Of a stretch of 64,000 nucleotides of DNA, positions 1 through 10,776 are shown in pieces. Made by a program: the position numbers and the translations under genes. Positions within the stretch are counted from its first letter, which is position 1, and every line of letters begins with the position of its first letter. The DNA comes from an uncultured Bacteroidota bacterium (GTDB taxonomy: Bacteria; Bacteroidota; Bacteroidia; Flavobacteriales; Flavobacteriaceae): positions 14,267 to 78,266 of the forward strand of contig CACOFE010000004.1 in the NCBI GenBank assembly GCA_902626365.1, read 5' to 3'. Under the pieces are notes generated by a model. It was not told the origin of the DNA. It did not search any database and worked only from the letters and a program-made list of their open reading frames with translations.

Positions 1-1
1 T

Positions 2-595
2 TCTTCCAAAATTTCTGTAATAGCAAACATACTAGGCTTTGTTGACAATCTTATCATTGGCGGTGGAATGGCATACACATTTATTAAAAATAATGGCGGT
101 AGAATAGGGGACTCAATTTTTGAGGCCGACAGGCTCAATGGCTGTACAGAGATTTTATCCAAAGCAAAAAATGAAAACGTTAATGTCTTTTTACCAGAAG
201 ACATACTGTGCTCAAATGAATTTTCAAATTCTGGATTACAAAAAGTGACAAACATATATGAAGTGCCTGAAGGATGGCAAGGCTTAGATATTGGACCAAA
301 GACAATGGATAAATTTGAACAAGTAATCCTTGGTAGTAGCACTATTTTATGGAACGGACCCATGGGTGTTTTTGAAATACCTTCTTTTGAAAAAGGAACT
401 CATTCTGTGGCAAAAACTGTAGCAAAAGCTACACAAAATGGAGCCTATTCATTGATAGGGGGTGGTGACTCTGTTGCGGCAATTAAAAAGTTTGGCTTAC
501 AGAATCAAGTAAGCTTTATTAGTACTGGTGGAGGGGCAATGCTCGAAAGCTTAGAAGGAAAATTGTTACCAGGCATTAACGCCCTTTCGCAATGA
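2..595 (+). CDS. pgk: phosphoglycerate kinase, C-terminal part (5' end outside window)
   Basis: The frame is open from base 2, and the listed ORF 68..595 only starts at the first internal Met. Motifs LIIGGGMAYTF, WNGPMGVFE and FISTGGGA are classic PGK C-domain motifs. Confidence 0.95.
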   Translation, partial: SSKISVIANILGFVDNLIIGGGMAYTFIKNNGGRIGDSIFEADRLNGCTEILSKAKNENVNVFLPEDILCSNEFSNSGLQKVTNIYEVPEGWQGLDIGPKTMDKFEQVILGSSTILWNGPMGVFEIPSFEKGTHSVAKTVAKATQNGAYSLIGGGDSVAAIKKFGLQNQVSFISTGGGAMLESLEGKLLPGINALSQ

Positions 596-1746
596 GAATT
601 ATGCAAATTAAACAACTATGCTTAATTATTTTTTTATTTATAATCGAGCATAATTATTGTCAGATCAATAGCTTTGAAAGCGATTTAATTGATTACAATT
701 TTGATTCTGACACAATCAAAAATAGACTTGCAAGATTAGATGCTAAAACTCCTTTAGAACTGTATTTTACCCCCGAGGTTGAAAAAAAAATAAAAAGATA
801 TTTAAAAACTAGGGTAGATTTTTACAACGATAATATTGAAAAAATCAATTATTATCTTCCTCTTTTCGAAGAACACTTGCAAAACAATCAAATTCCAATA
901 GAAATAAAATATCTTCCGATAATTGAGTCTAGATTAGACCCTGCAGCCGTTTCAAAAGTTGGCGCTACAGGCCTTTGGCAATTTATGTTTTACACCGCAC
1001 TGGAAAATGACCTGAAGATGAACAGCTATATTGATGAAAGAATGGACCCTCTAAAGTCCACTATAGCAGCAACAAAGTATTTGAAAAAACTCTATAAAAT
1101 ACATTCCGACTGGAACCTTGTTCTTGCTTCTTATAATGCGGGTCCAAGAACAATATCTAGAGCAAAAAAACAGTCAGGGGGACATACAAATTACTGGAAT
1201 ATAAGGCCGTTTCTACCAACAGAAACAGCCAACTATGTTCCCTCATTTATCGCCACCATGTATATATTAGAGTTTGCTGACGAGCATGGAATTAATTTGC
1301 ATATTTCAAAAAGACCGATTTTAAAAACTGAAAAAGTCATAATAAAAGAAAAATTTGCATTTGAACATTTTTCTAAATTTTTTAACTATTCAATAGATTC
1401 AATAAAAACATTAAATCCTTCTTATATTCATGGAATTATCCCTGGTCAAAATGTTAATTCAGTTAGACTACCAATAGAGTTAGCGGATAAACTAATAGAA
1501 AATGAAGATGAATTTTACGCTTTTTCAAAAACTGAATTTGATAAAAGGGAAAAGCCTCTACCAGACCTTTACTCAATAGACTCAAAACTTATATACAAAG
1601 TGAGCTATGGAGAATTTCTTGGAAAGATTGCAAGAAAATTTGGTGTAAAAGTCGTGGATATTAAACGCTGGAATAATCTTAAAAATGACAATATAAAGGA
1701 AAACCAAAAACTAATTATATTTCCTAAAAGAATTCCCAAAAATTAA
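592..1746 (+). CDS. lytic murein transglycosylase (SLT domain) with C-terminal LysM domain, MltD-like
   Basis: N-terminal signal/anchor. SLT catalytic region IESRLDPAAVSKVGATGLWQFM and ASYNAGP. C-terminal LysM-like YKVSYGEFLGKIARKFGVKVVDIKRWNNL. ATGA overlap with the pgk stop. Confidence 0.85.
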   Translation: MRIMQIKQLCLIIFLFIIEHNYCQINSFESDLIDYNFDSDTIKNRLARLDAKTPLELYFTPEVEKKIKRYLKTRVDFYNDNIEKINYYLPLFEEHLQNNQIPIEIKYLPIIESRLDPAAVSKVGATGLWQFMFYTALENDLKMNSYIDERMDPLKSTIAATKYLKKLYKIHSDWNLVLASYNAGPRTISRAKKQSGGHTNYWNIRPFLPTETANYVPSFIATMYILEFADEHGINLHISKRPILKTEKVIIKEKFAFEHFSKFFNYSIDSIKTLNPSYIHGIIPGQNVNSVRLPIELADKLIENEDEFYAFSKTEFDKREKPLPDLYSIDSKLIYKVSYGEFLGKIARKFGVKVVDIKRWNNLKNDNIKENQKLIIFPKRIPKN

Positions 1747-1777
1747 TTATTGTAAATTGGTCTAATAGTTTTAAAAA

Positions 1778-2725
1778 ATGAAGCAAAAAGCATTTATTTT
1801 ATTTTTTTTAGCATTATTGTTATCATGCTCTGATAACAATCAAAAGCTTTTACCGAATTCAAGCGGAAACATTAATAATATTTCGGTAGTATCAAGTGAT
1901 GACATCTGGAAAGGGAACGTTGGAGAAGTTATAAGAGAAAATTTTGCTAGACCAATCTATGGTCTTCCACAAATTGAGCCTGTGTTTAGCCTTAGCCACA
2001 TTCCTAGTAAAATATTCACAGGTTTTGCAACAAAATCAAGAACAATCCTAAAGATTGATATTTCTGAAACAGAAGGGGTTTTTAATTTCAAAAACACTTA
2101 CGCTTCACCCCAAAGAATTATTCAGGTTACCGGCTCAACTCCAGAGAAGATCATTACAACTATTAACCAGAACATGAACGCTATATATTCTGCCTTATAC
2201 TTCAATGAGATTCAGGAGAAGCAAAGAAGAATAGCAAAAAACCTAAACCAAACACAAGCCATTAAAAAAAGTACTGGTTTGACATTGCGATTTCCTTCTG
2301 CTTATCGGGTTGCAAAAGTCGACACCAACTTTGTATGGATAAGAAGAGACATAGAAACAGGTTCGGTCAATCTTTTTATCTCAAGATACAACGACAAAAA
2401 CAACAGCTCTGTCTTGAAAATAAGAGACTCAATTTCTAAACATCACATTCCTGGGCCAGTCGAAAACACATTTATGTCAATAGATCCTATTTATACACCA
2501 AATTCCCAGCAAATTAATATTGGAGGTAAACAAATATTAGAAACAAGAGGCTTGTGGGAAATTCAAGGGCAATTTATGGCTGGTCCGTTTTTAAATTATA
2601 AATTTATGTCTGACACCAAACAAGATGAATATATAATGTTGGACGGCTTTGTTTATTCCCCAGGATCAAGTAAAAGGGAGTATGTATTTGAGCTTGAAGC
2701 TATAATGAGAACCCTAAAAGACTAG
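1778..2725 (+). CDS. conserved lipoprotein of unknown function (DUF4837-like from memory, unverified)
   Basis: Lipobox LLLSC|SDN after a hydrophobic signal. 315-aa ORF with no competing frame. No catalytic motif recognised. Confidence 0.6.
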   Translation: MKQKAFILFFLALLLSCSDNNQKLLPNSSGNINNISVVSSDDIWKGNVGEVIRENFARPIYGLPQIEPVFSLSHIPSKIFTGFATKSRTILKIDISETEGVFNFKNTYASPQRIIQVTGSTPEKIITTINQNMNAIYSALYFNEIQEKQRRIAKNLNQTQAIKKSTGLTLRFPSAYRVAKVDTNFVWIRRDIETGSVNLFISRYNDKNNSSVLKIRDSISKHHIPGPVENTFMSIDPIYTPNSQQINIGGKQILETRGLWEIQGQFMAGPFLNYKFMSDTKQDEYIMLDGFVYSPGSSKREYVFELEAIMRTLKD

Positions 2726-2931
2726 TCTTCTTTTTTCTCATCATCATCTTTCCCTTCTTCCAAAGCTTTTTTAAACTCTTTAACACCTTCTCCTGTTCCT
2801 TTAACAAGATTCCCTAATTTTTTTCCAAGTCCAACAGGTCCAAAAACAATTAAAGCAACAACCACTATCACAACTATTTGAAGCGGTCCAATTGTAAAAA
2901 GAGGCGTGATAAATAAATCCATTGCAAACAA
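2722..2931 (-). CDS. tatA: twin-arginine translocase subunit TatA/E
   Basis: One N-terminal TM helix (LQIVVIVVVALIVFGP) followed by an amphipathic helix (KKLGNLVKGTGEGVKEFKKA) and an acidic tail. An alternative start at the internal Met (2922) is possible. Confidence 0.75.
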   Translation of the reverse strand: MFAMDLFITPLFTIGPLQIVVIVVVALIVFGPVGLGKKLGNLVKGTGEGVKEFKKALEEGKDDDEKKED

Positions 2932-3014
2932 TTTTAAGCAAAGTTAATAATAATACCTGTAATTGTTGCTATATCCGACAATTCTATTCAAGAGTAAGCT
3001 AATTTTAAGTATTT

Positions 3015-3890
3015 TTGAATACTGTGAAAAACAAAAAACAAAAAAAAAGCTTTTTAAAAAGAATATTTAATGACTATAAAGTTGTTATATCAAGTGAAGA
3101 CACGTTTGAAGAAAAATTTTCATTCAAGGCCAACAAAATAAATGCGTTCATTATAATACTGGTATACTCCATAATACTGATCTCATTTACAATAAGCATC
3201 GTTTTTTTTACTCAATTGAGAGAGATGGTTCCAGGCTATTCTTCAGCAGATCTTTTAAATAGAGCCATATATCTTACAAAAAAAACAGACTCTTTAGAAC
3301 AGCAAATAGCCCTTAATAATAAGTTTTATAAATCTATTGAAGATGTTCTTTCTGGAAATATAGACGAGCTTGTCCCAAGAGATGAGCTGTCGGTAGACAG
3401 CAGTTTAATTAACTCCGATTTTGTTACAGTTTCTCCAAATTCACAAGATTCTATACTTAGAAAATATGTTGAAAATGAGGATAAGTTTAACCTGACTAAC
3501 AACGAGCTTATTATTGAAAACAAAATGTTTTTTTCTCCAATTAAAGGGGAAATAACCCAAAGCTTTAATTTTAATGAAAATCATTTTGCTGTTGATATCG
3601 CAGCCGATATTGGCACACCTGTTAAGTCCGTTCTTGACGGAAAAATTATTTTTTCAGAGTGGTCACTAGAGACAGGATATGTAGTTGTTATTGATCATGG
3701 AGAAAATATAATTTCAGTCTACAAGCATAATTCAAAAATCTTAAAAGAACAAAATGATTTTGTTCAAGCGGGAGAAGTGATTGCCTATTCAGGTAATCAA
3801 GGAAATTTAAGCACTGGACCACATTTACATTTTGAACTTTGGAAAAATGGAACCCCAATAGATCCAGAGCCACTATTAAATTTTAAATAA
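3015..3890 (+). CDS. M23 family metallopeptidase (murein endopeptidase-like), membrane anchored
   Basis: TTG start, N-terminal TM segment. M23 motifs HFAVDIAA ... GNQGNLSTGPHLHFELW. Confidence 0.9.
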   Translation: MNTVKNKKQKKSFLKRIFNDYKVVISSEDTFEEKFSFKANKINAFIIILVYSIILISFTISIVFFTQLREMVPGYSSADLLNRAIYLTKKTDSLEQQIALNNKFYKSIEDVLSGNIDELVPRDELSVDSSLINSDFVTVSPNSQDSILRKYVENEDKFNLTNNELIIENKMFFSPIKGEITQSFNFNENHFAVDIAADIGTPVKSVLDGKIIFSEWSLETGYVVVIDHGENIISVYKHNSKILKEQNDFVQAGEVIAYSGNQGNLSTGPHLHFELWKNGTPIDPEPLLNFK

Positions 3891-3892
3891 TA

Positions 3893-5395
3893 ATGCTAAA
3901 GCATGCCTTATTAAAAATAGCCTCAAGGTTCGCAAAGAACCAAGTTTATAATTGGGCAAATAAGCCAATTGTAACTCAAGAAAACCAATTCAACTATTTA
4001 ATTAAAAAAGCTCGTAATACTAAATTTGGCAAGAATCATGGGTTTTCGGAAATATCAAATTATCAAGAATTTCAGAAGAGGGTACCCATAAGAGATTATG
4101 AGGGACTGAGAGAATACTTTGAGAAAGTTAAATCTGGGGAGAAGGATATTTTATGGCCTGGAAAACCAATTTATCTTGCTTTAACTTCCGGTACGACCTC
4201 GGGCGCAAAATATATTCCCATCACAAGGGAAAGCCTACCAAACCATTTAAACGGAGCGAAAAACGCTTTATTGATTTATGTTGCAGAAACTAATAAAACA
4301 AGCTTTGTCAACGGTAAATATATTTTTGTTCAAGGCAGCCCAACCCTACAAGACATTTCAGGAATATTAAGCGGTAGACTTTCAGGAATTTCAGCTCACC
4401 ATGTTCCGTTTTACATGAAAAGCAATATGCTTCCATCATGGGATACAAATATCATTGAAGACTGGGAAAAAAAGGTTGAAAATATAGTTAAAGAAACTAT
4501 TACCCAAGACATGACAATTATTAGTGGAATCCCCTCATGGCTACAAATGTATTTTGAAAAAATTGTTCAAGAAACCAACAAACAAATTTCAGAAGTATTC
4601 CCAAACTTTAGTCTTTTAATTTATGGAGGAGTTAATTTCAAACCATATAAAAAAAAGTTCTTTTCTCTAATTGGAAAGGAAGTTGACAGTATTGAGATTT
4701 TTCCTGCAAGTGAGGGTTTTTTTGCCTTTCAAGATAAGCAAGACAGTAACGACCTTCTTCTAATTTTGAATGCCGGAATTTTTTATGAGTTTATTAATGT
4801 TGAGGATTTTAGAGAGAATAGACTAGAAAGAATATCACTTCAAAATGTAAAAAAGGATATAAATTATGTTATGATTATTTCTAGCTCTGCAGGATTGTGG
4901 GGATATAATACAGGCGACACAGTAAAGTTTACAAGCATAAGCCCTTATAGAATTATTGTTAGTGGAAGACTTAAACAAAGCCTATCTGCTTTTGGAGAAC
5001 ATGTAATTGTTAAGGAGGTTGAACAGGCAATAGAACAGGCAATGTTAAAAACTGGGAATATAGTTGTTGAGTTTACAGTAGCCCCCAGATTTAAATCAAA
5101 ATCTTTACCAGCATGTCACGAATGGTTTATTGAATTTGAAGGAAATGTGGTTGAAATCAATAATTTTAAAAGCTTATTAGATTACGAGCTTCAAAAACAA
5201 AACAAATATTATAAAGACTTAATAGAAGGAAAAATAATAGAGAAACCAGTAATAAGCAAAATTATAAAAGGGGGTTTCAAAAAGTATATGAGTAGTATAG
5301 GAAAATTAGGAGGACAAAATAAAGTTCCAAAAATTGCTGATAATAGAGAAATTGCCGACAGGTTAAAAAAACTTAATCTAATCGAGTCAATCTAA
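3893..5395 (+). CDS. GH3 family (auxin-responsive-promoter-like) adenylating enzyme
   Basis: About 500 aa. AMP-binding type loop LTSGTTSGAKYIP. The overall layout is typical of the GH3 proteins common in Flavobacteriia. Confidence 0.8.
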   Translation: MLKHALLKIASRFAKNQVYNWANKPIVTQENQFNYLIKKARNTKFGKNHGFSEISNYQEFQKRVPIRDYEGLREYFEKVKSGEKDILWPGKPIYLALTSGTTSGAKYIPITRESLPNHLNGAKNALLIYVAETNKTSFVNGKYIFVQGSPTLQDISGILSGRLSGISAHHVPFYMKSNMLPSWDTNIIEDWEKKVENIVKETITQDMTIISGIPSWLQMYFEKIVQETNKQISEVFPNFSLLIYGGVNFKPYKKKFFSLIGKEVDSIEIFPASEGFFAFQDKQDSNDLLLILNAGIFYEFINVEDFRENRLERISLQNVKKDINYVMIISSSAGLWGYNTGDTVKFTSISPYRIIVSGRLKQSLSAFGEHVIVKEVEQAIEQAMLKTGNIVVEFTVAPRFKSKSLPACHEWFIEFEGNVVEINNFKSLLDYELQKQNKYYKDLIEGKIIEKPVISKIIKGGFKKYMSSIGKLGGQNKVPKIADNREIADRLKKLNLIESI

Positions 5396-5440
5396 AATAA
5401 ATTATTAAAAAAAGCGTTTAAAAAAAACCAAAACTAAAAA

Positions 5441-6415
5441 ATGAAAAATAATTTTAAAGAAAACGAAGAAATAGACATAATAGTTCTGATAGAGAAAATT
5501 AAGCTAATGATGCTTAGCTTATTGTTACAAATTTTTAGAAGGTCAAAAAGTTTTTTATTAGGCTGGAAAAAACTTTTAGTTGTTATAATTGCGGGACTTC
5601 TATTGGGATATTTTTTAACAGACAGTAAACTGCCAAACGCCAAAGAAGCCACTGTTCTTGTGAAAATTAATTTTGATGCAGGAAACTATGTTTATGATGC
5701 AGTGGACCTTATTAACCTAAAAATTTCCAGCAAAGATGCTGATTTTTTTACTCAAGAAATTAAGCTAAATGAGGATGAGTCTGTTGATGAAGTTTCAATT
5801 TCTCCTGTTATTGACATAAAAGACATAATGGCTAAAGATATAAATGCAAATGAAATAAGAGCTTTATTTGAAAACCTAGAATATGAGGATGGTTTTTCTG
5901 TCACTGAAGGTTTTAAGTCCGACTACGATTATCATTTTATTAAGGTAAGCGTTTCAAACAACTCATCTATCGGGACAGTAAATAAGGTTATAGACTATTT
6001 TAATAACAACCCTCTTTTTACTGAGCTCAGAGAAAGAAACTTACAAAGAATTTCAAGTATCATATTCGACAATGAGCAGACTATTAAGCAAATTGACAAA
6101 CTGCTTGATTATTACACAAGTGAGAATAAGACTAAAACAACTCAGTTGTATATTGACAATAAAGACGTAAGGCCAAACGAACTAATTAAAACTAAGATTT
6201 CTTTACAAAGCGAAAACCAAGAATTAAAAAAAGAGAATCTTACAACTAAAGAAACAGTAATGGTAATAAACGAGGCAAATATATTAATTGAAAACAATTC
6301 TATACTTTCAAATAAAATGGTTTATTATCCATTATTGTTTTTATTTATTTATGTAATAACATCAATAGTTATTGGTCTTTACTCATACCTAGATAAATTA
6401 GACAGAGCTAGCTAA
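5441..6415 (+). CDS. polysaccharide chain-length-determinant-like (Wzz/PCP-type topology) protein
   Basis: One TM near the N-terminus (LLVVIIAGLLLGYF), a long polar/coiled middle, and a second TM at the C-terminus (YYPLLFLFIYVITSIVIGLY). It is the first gene of the polysaccharide locus. The call rests on topology only. Confidence 0.5.
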   Translation: MKNNFKENEEIDIIVLIEKIKLMMLSLLLQIFRRSKSFLLGWKKLLVVIIAGLLLGYFLTDSKLPNAKEATVLVKINFDAGNYVYDAVDLINLKISSKDADFFTQEIKLNEDESVDEVSISPVIDIKDIMAKDINANEIRALFENLEYEDGFSVTEGFKSDYDYHFIKVSVSNNSSIGTVNKVIDYFNNNPLFTELRERNLQRISSIIFDNEQTIKQIDKLLDYYTSENKTKTTQLYIDNKDVRPNELIKTKISLQSENQELKKENLTTKETVMVINEANILIENNSILSNKMVYYPLLFLFIYVITSIVIGLYSYLDKLDRAS

Positions 6416-7699
6416 ATGTCAATCAAAGATCTTACACAAAAGAGTTTTTCTGTTTTAATTATCAGATCTTTTGGTGTTTTACTTTTATTTGGTTTTACAC
6501 TATTTATTACCAACTTTTTTACCGCTGAAAATGTTGGTAGATATGACTTTGTTAGGTCTACCTTAATGGTCTTAGGAGGACTTGCACTGATGGGAACAAA
6601 CCAATCCATCATTTATTATTCAGGCCTGTTAAAAGCTAGAAAAAGCATTGAGTCCATAAGAGCCATATACTTTAAAATGCTTCGAATAATAGTTGCTCTG
6701 AGCCTGATTATTTTAGGGCTTTTTCTTGGCTTATTTAATGAATCAGCTATAACCCAAACTTTCAATAGTACTGAATCCTATGCGCTGATTCTAAAGTCAA
6801 TTCTTACATTGATTTTTTTCGCAACAACAATTTTAAATATTGACACTATAAGGGCTCTTCAAAACACAATTTTATCTGAAGTATACAGGAGCTTGTTTAG
6901 GTATATTCCGGTATTCATATTTGCAATAATTCTAATTCAATATAATCAACAATCTTATTTAGTTGAGGCTTATTTATTGGGCTTTGTTTTACTTTCAGTA
7001 TTTTCAGGGATTAAGGTTCTTAACATGTTGGCCGGCTTGAAAAAACCCAATGATAGTTCCGAAAAATTTTCCGTAAAAGACATATTCAAAACTTCAGCAC
7101 CAATGGCGCTGAGTGCAATAGCATATTTTATAATGCAAAGTATTGATATTATTATCCTATCTATTTATGAGGGTTTTGACCAGATTGCCTATTACTCCGT
7201 TTCTGTAAAATTGGCTATGGTTACAACCTTGGCACTGATGTCAGTAAATATCGTAATTGCTCCAAGAATAGCAGAAATATATGAAAAGAAAAACATGCAT
7301 GATATGCAGCTTTTAATCAAACACTCTACAAGGATTATTTTTTTTATAAGCATCTGTGTTTTAAGCGTATTATTTTTATTCTCAGAACAAATTTTAAATA
7401 TGTTTGGAGAAGGTTACTCGCAAGCTAATAAAGCCTTAGTTTTTCTGTTAGCTGCTCAATTTTTTAATTCTATTTCAGGACCTGGCGCCATATATTTAAA
7501 TATGACGGGCCGTCAAACAACTTTGAATAAAATATTGATTTTGGGTTTAGCCATTAATATTGCCTTAAACTTTTATTTTATACCTGTTGAAGGCATTAAC
7601 GGGGCAGCCAAAGCTACTCTTACAAGTTTAATAATTTGGAATTCAATCACTACTGTATTTGTTTATTCAAGAGATAAAATAAAAATCTTTTTAACGTAA
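6416..7699 (+). CDS. Wzx-type oligosaccharide flippase (MOP superfamily)
   Basis: 427 aa with about 12 predicted TM helices. It sits between a Wzz-like gene and glycosyl/sulfo-transferases. Confidence 0.75.
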   Translation: MSIKDLTQKSFSVLIIRSFGVLLLFGFTLFITNFFTAENVGRYDFVRSTLMVLGGLALMGTNQSIIYYSGLLKARKSIESIRAIYFKMLRIIVALSLIILGLFLGLFNESAITQTFNSTESYALILKSILTLIFFATTILNIDTIRALQNTILSEVYRSLFRYIPVFIFAIILIQYNQQSYLVEAYLLGFVLLSVFSGIKVLNMLAGLKKPNDSSEKFSVKDIFKTSAPMALSAIAYFIMQSIDIIILSIYEGFDQIAYYSVSVKLAMVTTLALMSVNIVIAPRIAEIYEKKNMHDMQLLIKHSTRIIFFISICVLSVLFLFSEQILNMFGEGYSQANKALVFLLAAQFFNSISGPGAIYLNMTGRQTTLNKILILGLAINIALNFYFIPVEGINGAAKATLTSLIIWNSITTVFVYSRDKIKIFLT

Positions 7700-7700
7700 T

Positions 7701-8600
7701 ATGAAAAAACCTAATTTCATAATTGCTGGTTTCCCAAAATGTGGTACAACCTCACTGCACCATTATCTAAACGAACACCCTGAGATATTTATGCCTGAGC
7801 AAAAGGAGCTACATTTTTTCACATTTAAAATCCTTTCAAAACTTAAAAATGGCCCAAAAGACGATATAGTCAAACAGATGCAAATTAACAGCTCAGAAAA
7901 ATACCTAAGCTATTTCCAAAATGTTAAAAACGAAATAGCTATTGGTGACGCATCACCTTCATACATAAACTACCCAAGTGAATTTTCAAAAATTAAAAAA
8001 TACCTAAACGACCCAAAGGTGATTATAATTTTAAGAGACCCCATAAATCGAGCATACTCAAATTATTTACACCTTAAGAAGGAGCAAAGGGAAACAATGT
8101 CATTTAAAGATGCTATAGCTGTTGAAGAGGAAAGAATGAATAATAAGTATTCGGATTTCTGGTATTATAAATTTAACTCTACTTATTATGAAAAGATTAT
8201 CAAAGCAAAGACGACCTTTAGTAGTGTATTAATTTTAACAATTGAGGAATTAGACAAAAACCCTACTTTAACAATGAAGAAGGTTTATAAGTTTTTGGGG
8301 GTCGATAATAGCTTTAGCTTTAAAACGATTTCTGAGAAGTTTAATGTAGGGGGTAATTATAAAAAAAATTTTGTAACAAAGCTTTTTTTCCAACCCTCTA
8401 AATTTAAAAACACGATAAAGAGGTTCATAAAGCCCACATCTTTTTTGAAAATTATTTTAATGCGACTAACATCAATATTTAGAATAAAGCCGGAAAAAAT
8501 AGATCAGAATTTAATAGAGCAACTAAAAAATTATTTTAAAAATGATGTTGAAAATCTAAAAAAACTAGACGTTAACATCTCAAATTGGAAAGAGTATTAA
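7701..8600 (+). CDS. PAPS-dependent sulfotransferase
   Basis: 5'-PSB loop GFPKCGTTSL at the N-terminus. 3'-PB region IIILRDPINRAYSNY. Confidence 0.85.
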   Translation: MKKPNFIIAGFPKCGTTSLHHYLNEHPEIFMPEQKELHFFTFKILSKLKNGPKDDIVKQMQINSSEKYLSYFQNVKNEIAIGDASPSYINYPSEFSKIKKYLNDPKVIIILRDPINRAYSNYLHLKKEQRETMSFKDAIAVEEERMNNKYSDFWYYKFNSTYYEKIIKAKTTFSSVLILTIEELDKNPTLTMKKVYKFLGVDNSFSFKTISEKFNVGGNYKKNFVTKLFFQPSKFKNTIKRFIKPTSFLKIILMRLTSIFRIKPEKIDQNLIEQLKNYFKNDVENLKKLDVNISNWKEY

Positions 8601-9974
8601 ATGATAAGATTAAGAATTAATTATATTATTCTTTGGACAATTCTTATAGGAATATTTTTCATTCCTTTTAATTCTTGGTCTGGAATTGGGTTTTTGGGTG
8701 AATATTACAGAGACTCTTGTTTCTTGTTTTTTTCTTTTGCTTTCGTTTTAATACTATTAAAAAAAAGAATTCAGATACCTTTAAATAATTTAATTTTTCA
8801 GTTTCTAATTCTTTTTATACTGTGGTCATTTTTGGCCACCCTACTAAATGCTCACAATATTTTTGACTACTATTTTAAACAGACTACAGGCATTGCAAGA
8901 TTTATTAATCAATTTGGCTCTTTGATTATAGCCTCACTTATTATCCCACTAACTTTTTATAACGGATTTAAAAAAACAAACATCAACAATGTATTCAGAT
9001 TAATTAGAAAAGTCATTTTAGCATCTTTGATAATAGTGTTTATTTATTCTATTATTGAGATTTTAATAGTTAAGTTAAACATGGTTCATTTAAAAAAACC
9101 ACTACTTAACCTCTTTGATTATTTTCCATTTACAGAAGCGAAAACTGACATGAGACTTCAAAGAATCTCGTCTGTAACCTTTGAACCACCAGCCTTAGGC
9201 ACATACTTATTGTCAATAGCTGGATGGATGTTTAGCTATGTATTAACAGAAAAAAACAAGCTAAAATATTTGCCATTAATAATTGTATTGTTTTTAGGTT
9301 TTATGTCAGGGTCAAGAGCAGCTTTTTTTGCAATAATAATGCAATTTATGATTGCATTATTCTTTTTTGTTAAACATAAAAACTCATTAAAAAACATTTA
9401 TAAAATACTTTTAGGTTTTTCTGTAATATCTCTTCTAACATTGGCCTATTTTAATAAACCAATAATTGAATATGTAAAAAAAGAAATTAATTCCTTTAAA
9501 TTAGATGATTCAACTCATGCGCTTTCAAACAAGTCCAGGTTTGGAATTCAACAAGCTATGTTTAGGGTTTTTACTGAATACCCAATTTCGGGAACAGGAT
9601 ATGGTCTTCAAGCCTTTGAGTCTAGAAAAAAATATCCAGCATGGGCAAAGAAAAATAATTGGGAATTTAGATTGAAATATCTTAACCAAAATGATAAAAG
9701 ATTCCCGCCTGGATACAACATGTATTTAAGAATCCTTAGTGAAACAGGCCTAGTAGGGTTGCTGTTTTTTGGATTAATCATTTTGCAAATTTTTCTGTGG
9801 TGCTATAATAATTTAAAATCTGAAAATTCAATTATTGCTTTTATAATTTTAATTTCAATGATTGGGTTTTCACTTAATTGGCTTAAAATGGATTCATTCA
9901 GAATTTACTTTTTTTGGCTATGTATAGCCATGATCTGGATTATTGAATTAAGAAAAAATGTAACAAATGGATAA
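8601..9974 (+). CDS. O-antigen polymerase/ligase family (Wzy-like) membrane protein
   Basis: Polytopic membrane protein with a large loop in the C-terminal half (…SRAAFF…GTGYG…), as in Wzy_C-type proteins. Polysaccharide locus context. Confidence 0.6.
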   Translation: MIRLRINYIILWTILIGIFFIPFNSWSGIGFLGEYYRDSCFLFFSFAFVLILLKKRIQIPLNNLIFQFLILFILWSFLATLLNAHNIFDYYFKQTTGIARFINQFGSLIIASLIIPLTFYNGFKKTNINNVFRLIRKVILASLIIVFIYSIIEILIVKLNMVHLKKPLLNLFDYFPFTEAKTDMRLQRISSVTFEPPALGTYLLSIAGWMFSYVLTEKNKLKYLPLIIVLFLGFMSGSRAAFFAIIMQFMIALFFFVKHKNSLKNIYKILLGFSVISLLTLAYFNKPIIEYVKKEINSFKLDDSTHALSNKSRFGIQQAMFRVFTEYPISGTGYGLQAFESRKKYPAWAKKNNWEFRLKYLNQNDKRFPPGYNMYLRILSETGLVGLLFFGLIILQIFLWCYNNLKSENSIIAFIILISMIGFSLNWLKMDSFRIYFFWLCIAMIWIIELRKNVTNG

Positions 9975-10776
9975 AAGACTCATTATTACAATTCCGCATT
10001 ACAACAATTTCGATGGACTGTTAAAAACAATTGAATCAATTAGCGAACAGTTTGAAATTGACATTGTTATAACAGATGATGGCAGCCCCTTAAAGCTAAA
10101 TGAAAAATTAATTATATCATCTTATAAAAACAAAGGAAAGATCTTCTTTCAATATTTAGACAAAAACTATGGAGTTGGAATAGCAGCTAATAAATGTTTA
10201 CAATTCGTAAAAAAGGGCAGCTACAAATATATGGCTAGGCTTGATGCTGGCGACATATGTTATGAAAATAAGTTCATGAAACAATTAAGATTTTTAGAAG
10301 CTAATCATGAAATTAAGCTTGTTGGTACATGGGCCAGAGTATTAGATTCTAATGGAGATTTTTTGTTTAACATAAAACACCCACTACATCACAATCAGAT
10401 AAAAAGAAAGATGTTCTTAAACAGCATGTTTATAAACCCAACAGTTGTTTTCGAAACAGCTATTTTAGAAACCGTCCCTGAATATCCAGAAGAGTATCGT
10501 TATGCAGCTCAAGATTATGCTTTTTTTTTCAAAGTAATCAAGCATTTTAAATGTGCAAATATGCCAGAAGTTCTTTTAGACTATATAATTGATGGCAATT
10601 CTATCTCTACAAAAAAAAGAAAACTACAAGTAGCAAACAGAATAAAAATTATAATAGATAATTTTAGGCTGGGGTTCTATCCGGTTTATGGGCTAATTAG
10701 AAGCTGTGTTTTATATTTTTTTTCTAGAAGCTCAACAACTACAATAAAAAAAACATTAAAGCAAGATGAATTTTAA
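9967..10776 (+). CDS. family 2 glycosyltransferase
   Basis: N-terminal ITIPHYNN ... VITDDGS and the DxD-like RLDAGD. GT-A fold pattern. Confidence 0.85.
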   Translation: MDKRLIITIPHYNNFDGLLKTIESISEQFEIDIVITDDGSPLKLNEKLIISSYKNKGKIFFQYLDKNYGVGIAANKCLQFVKKGSYKYMARLDAGDICYENKFMKQLRFLEANHEIKLVGTWARVLDSNGDFLFNIKHPLHHNQIKRKMFLNSMFINPTVVFETAILETVPEYPEEYRYAAQDYAFFFKVIKHFKCANMPEVLLDYIIDGNSISTKKRKLQVANRIKIIIDNFRLGFYPVYGLIRSCVLYFFSRSSTTTIKKTLKQDEF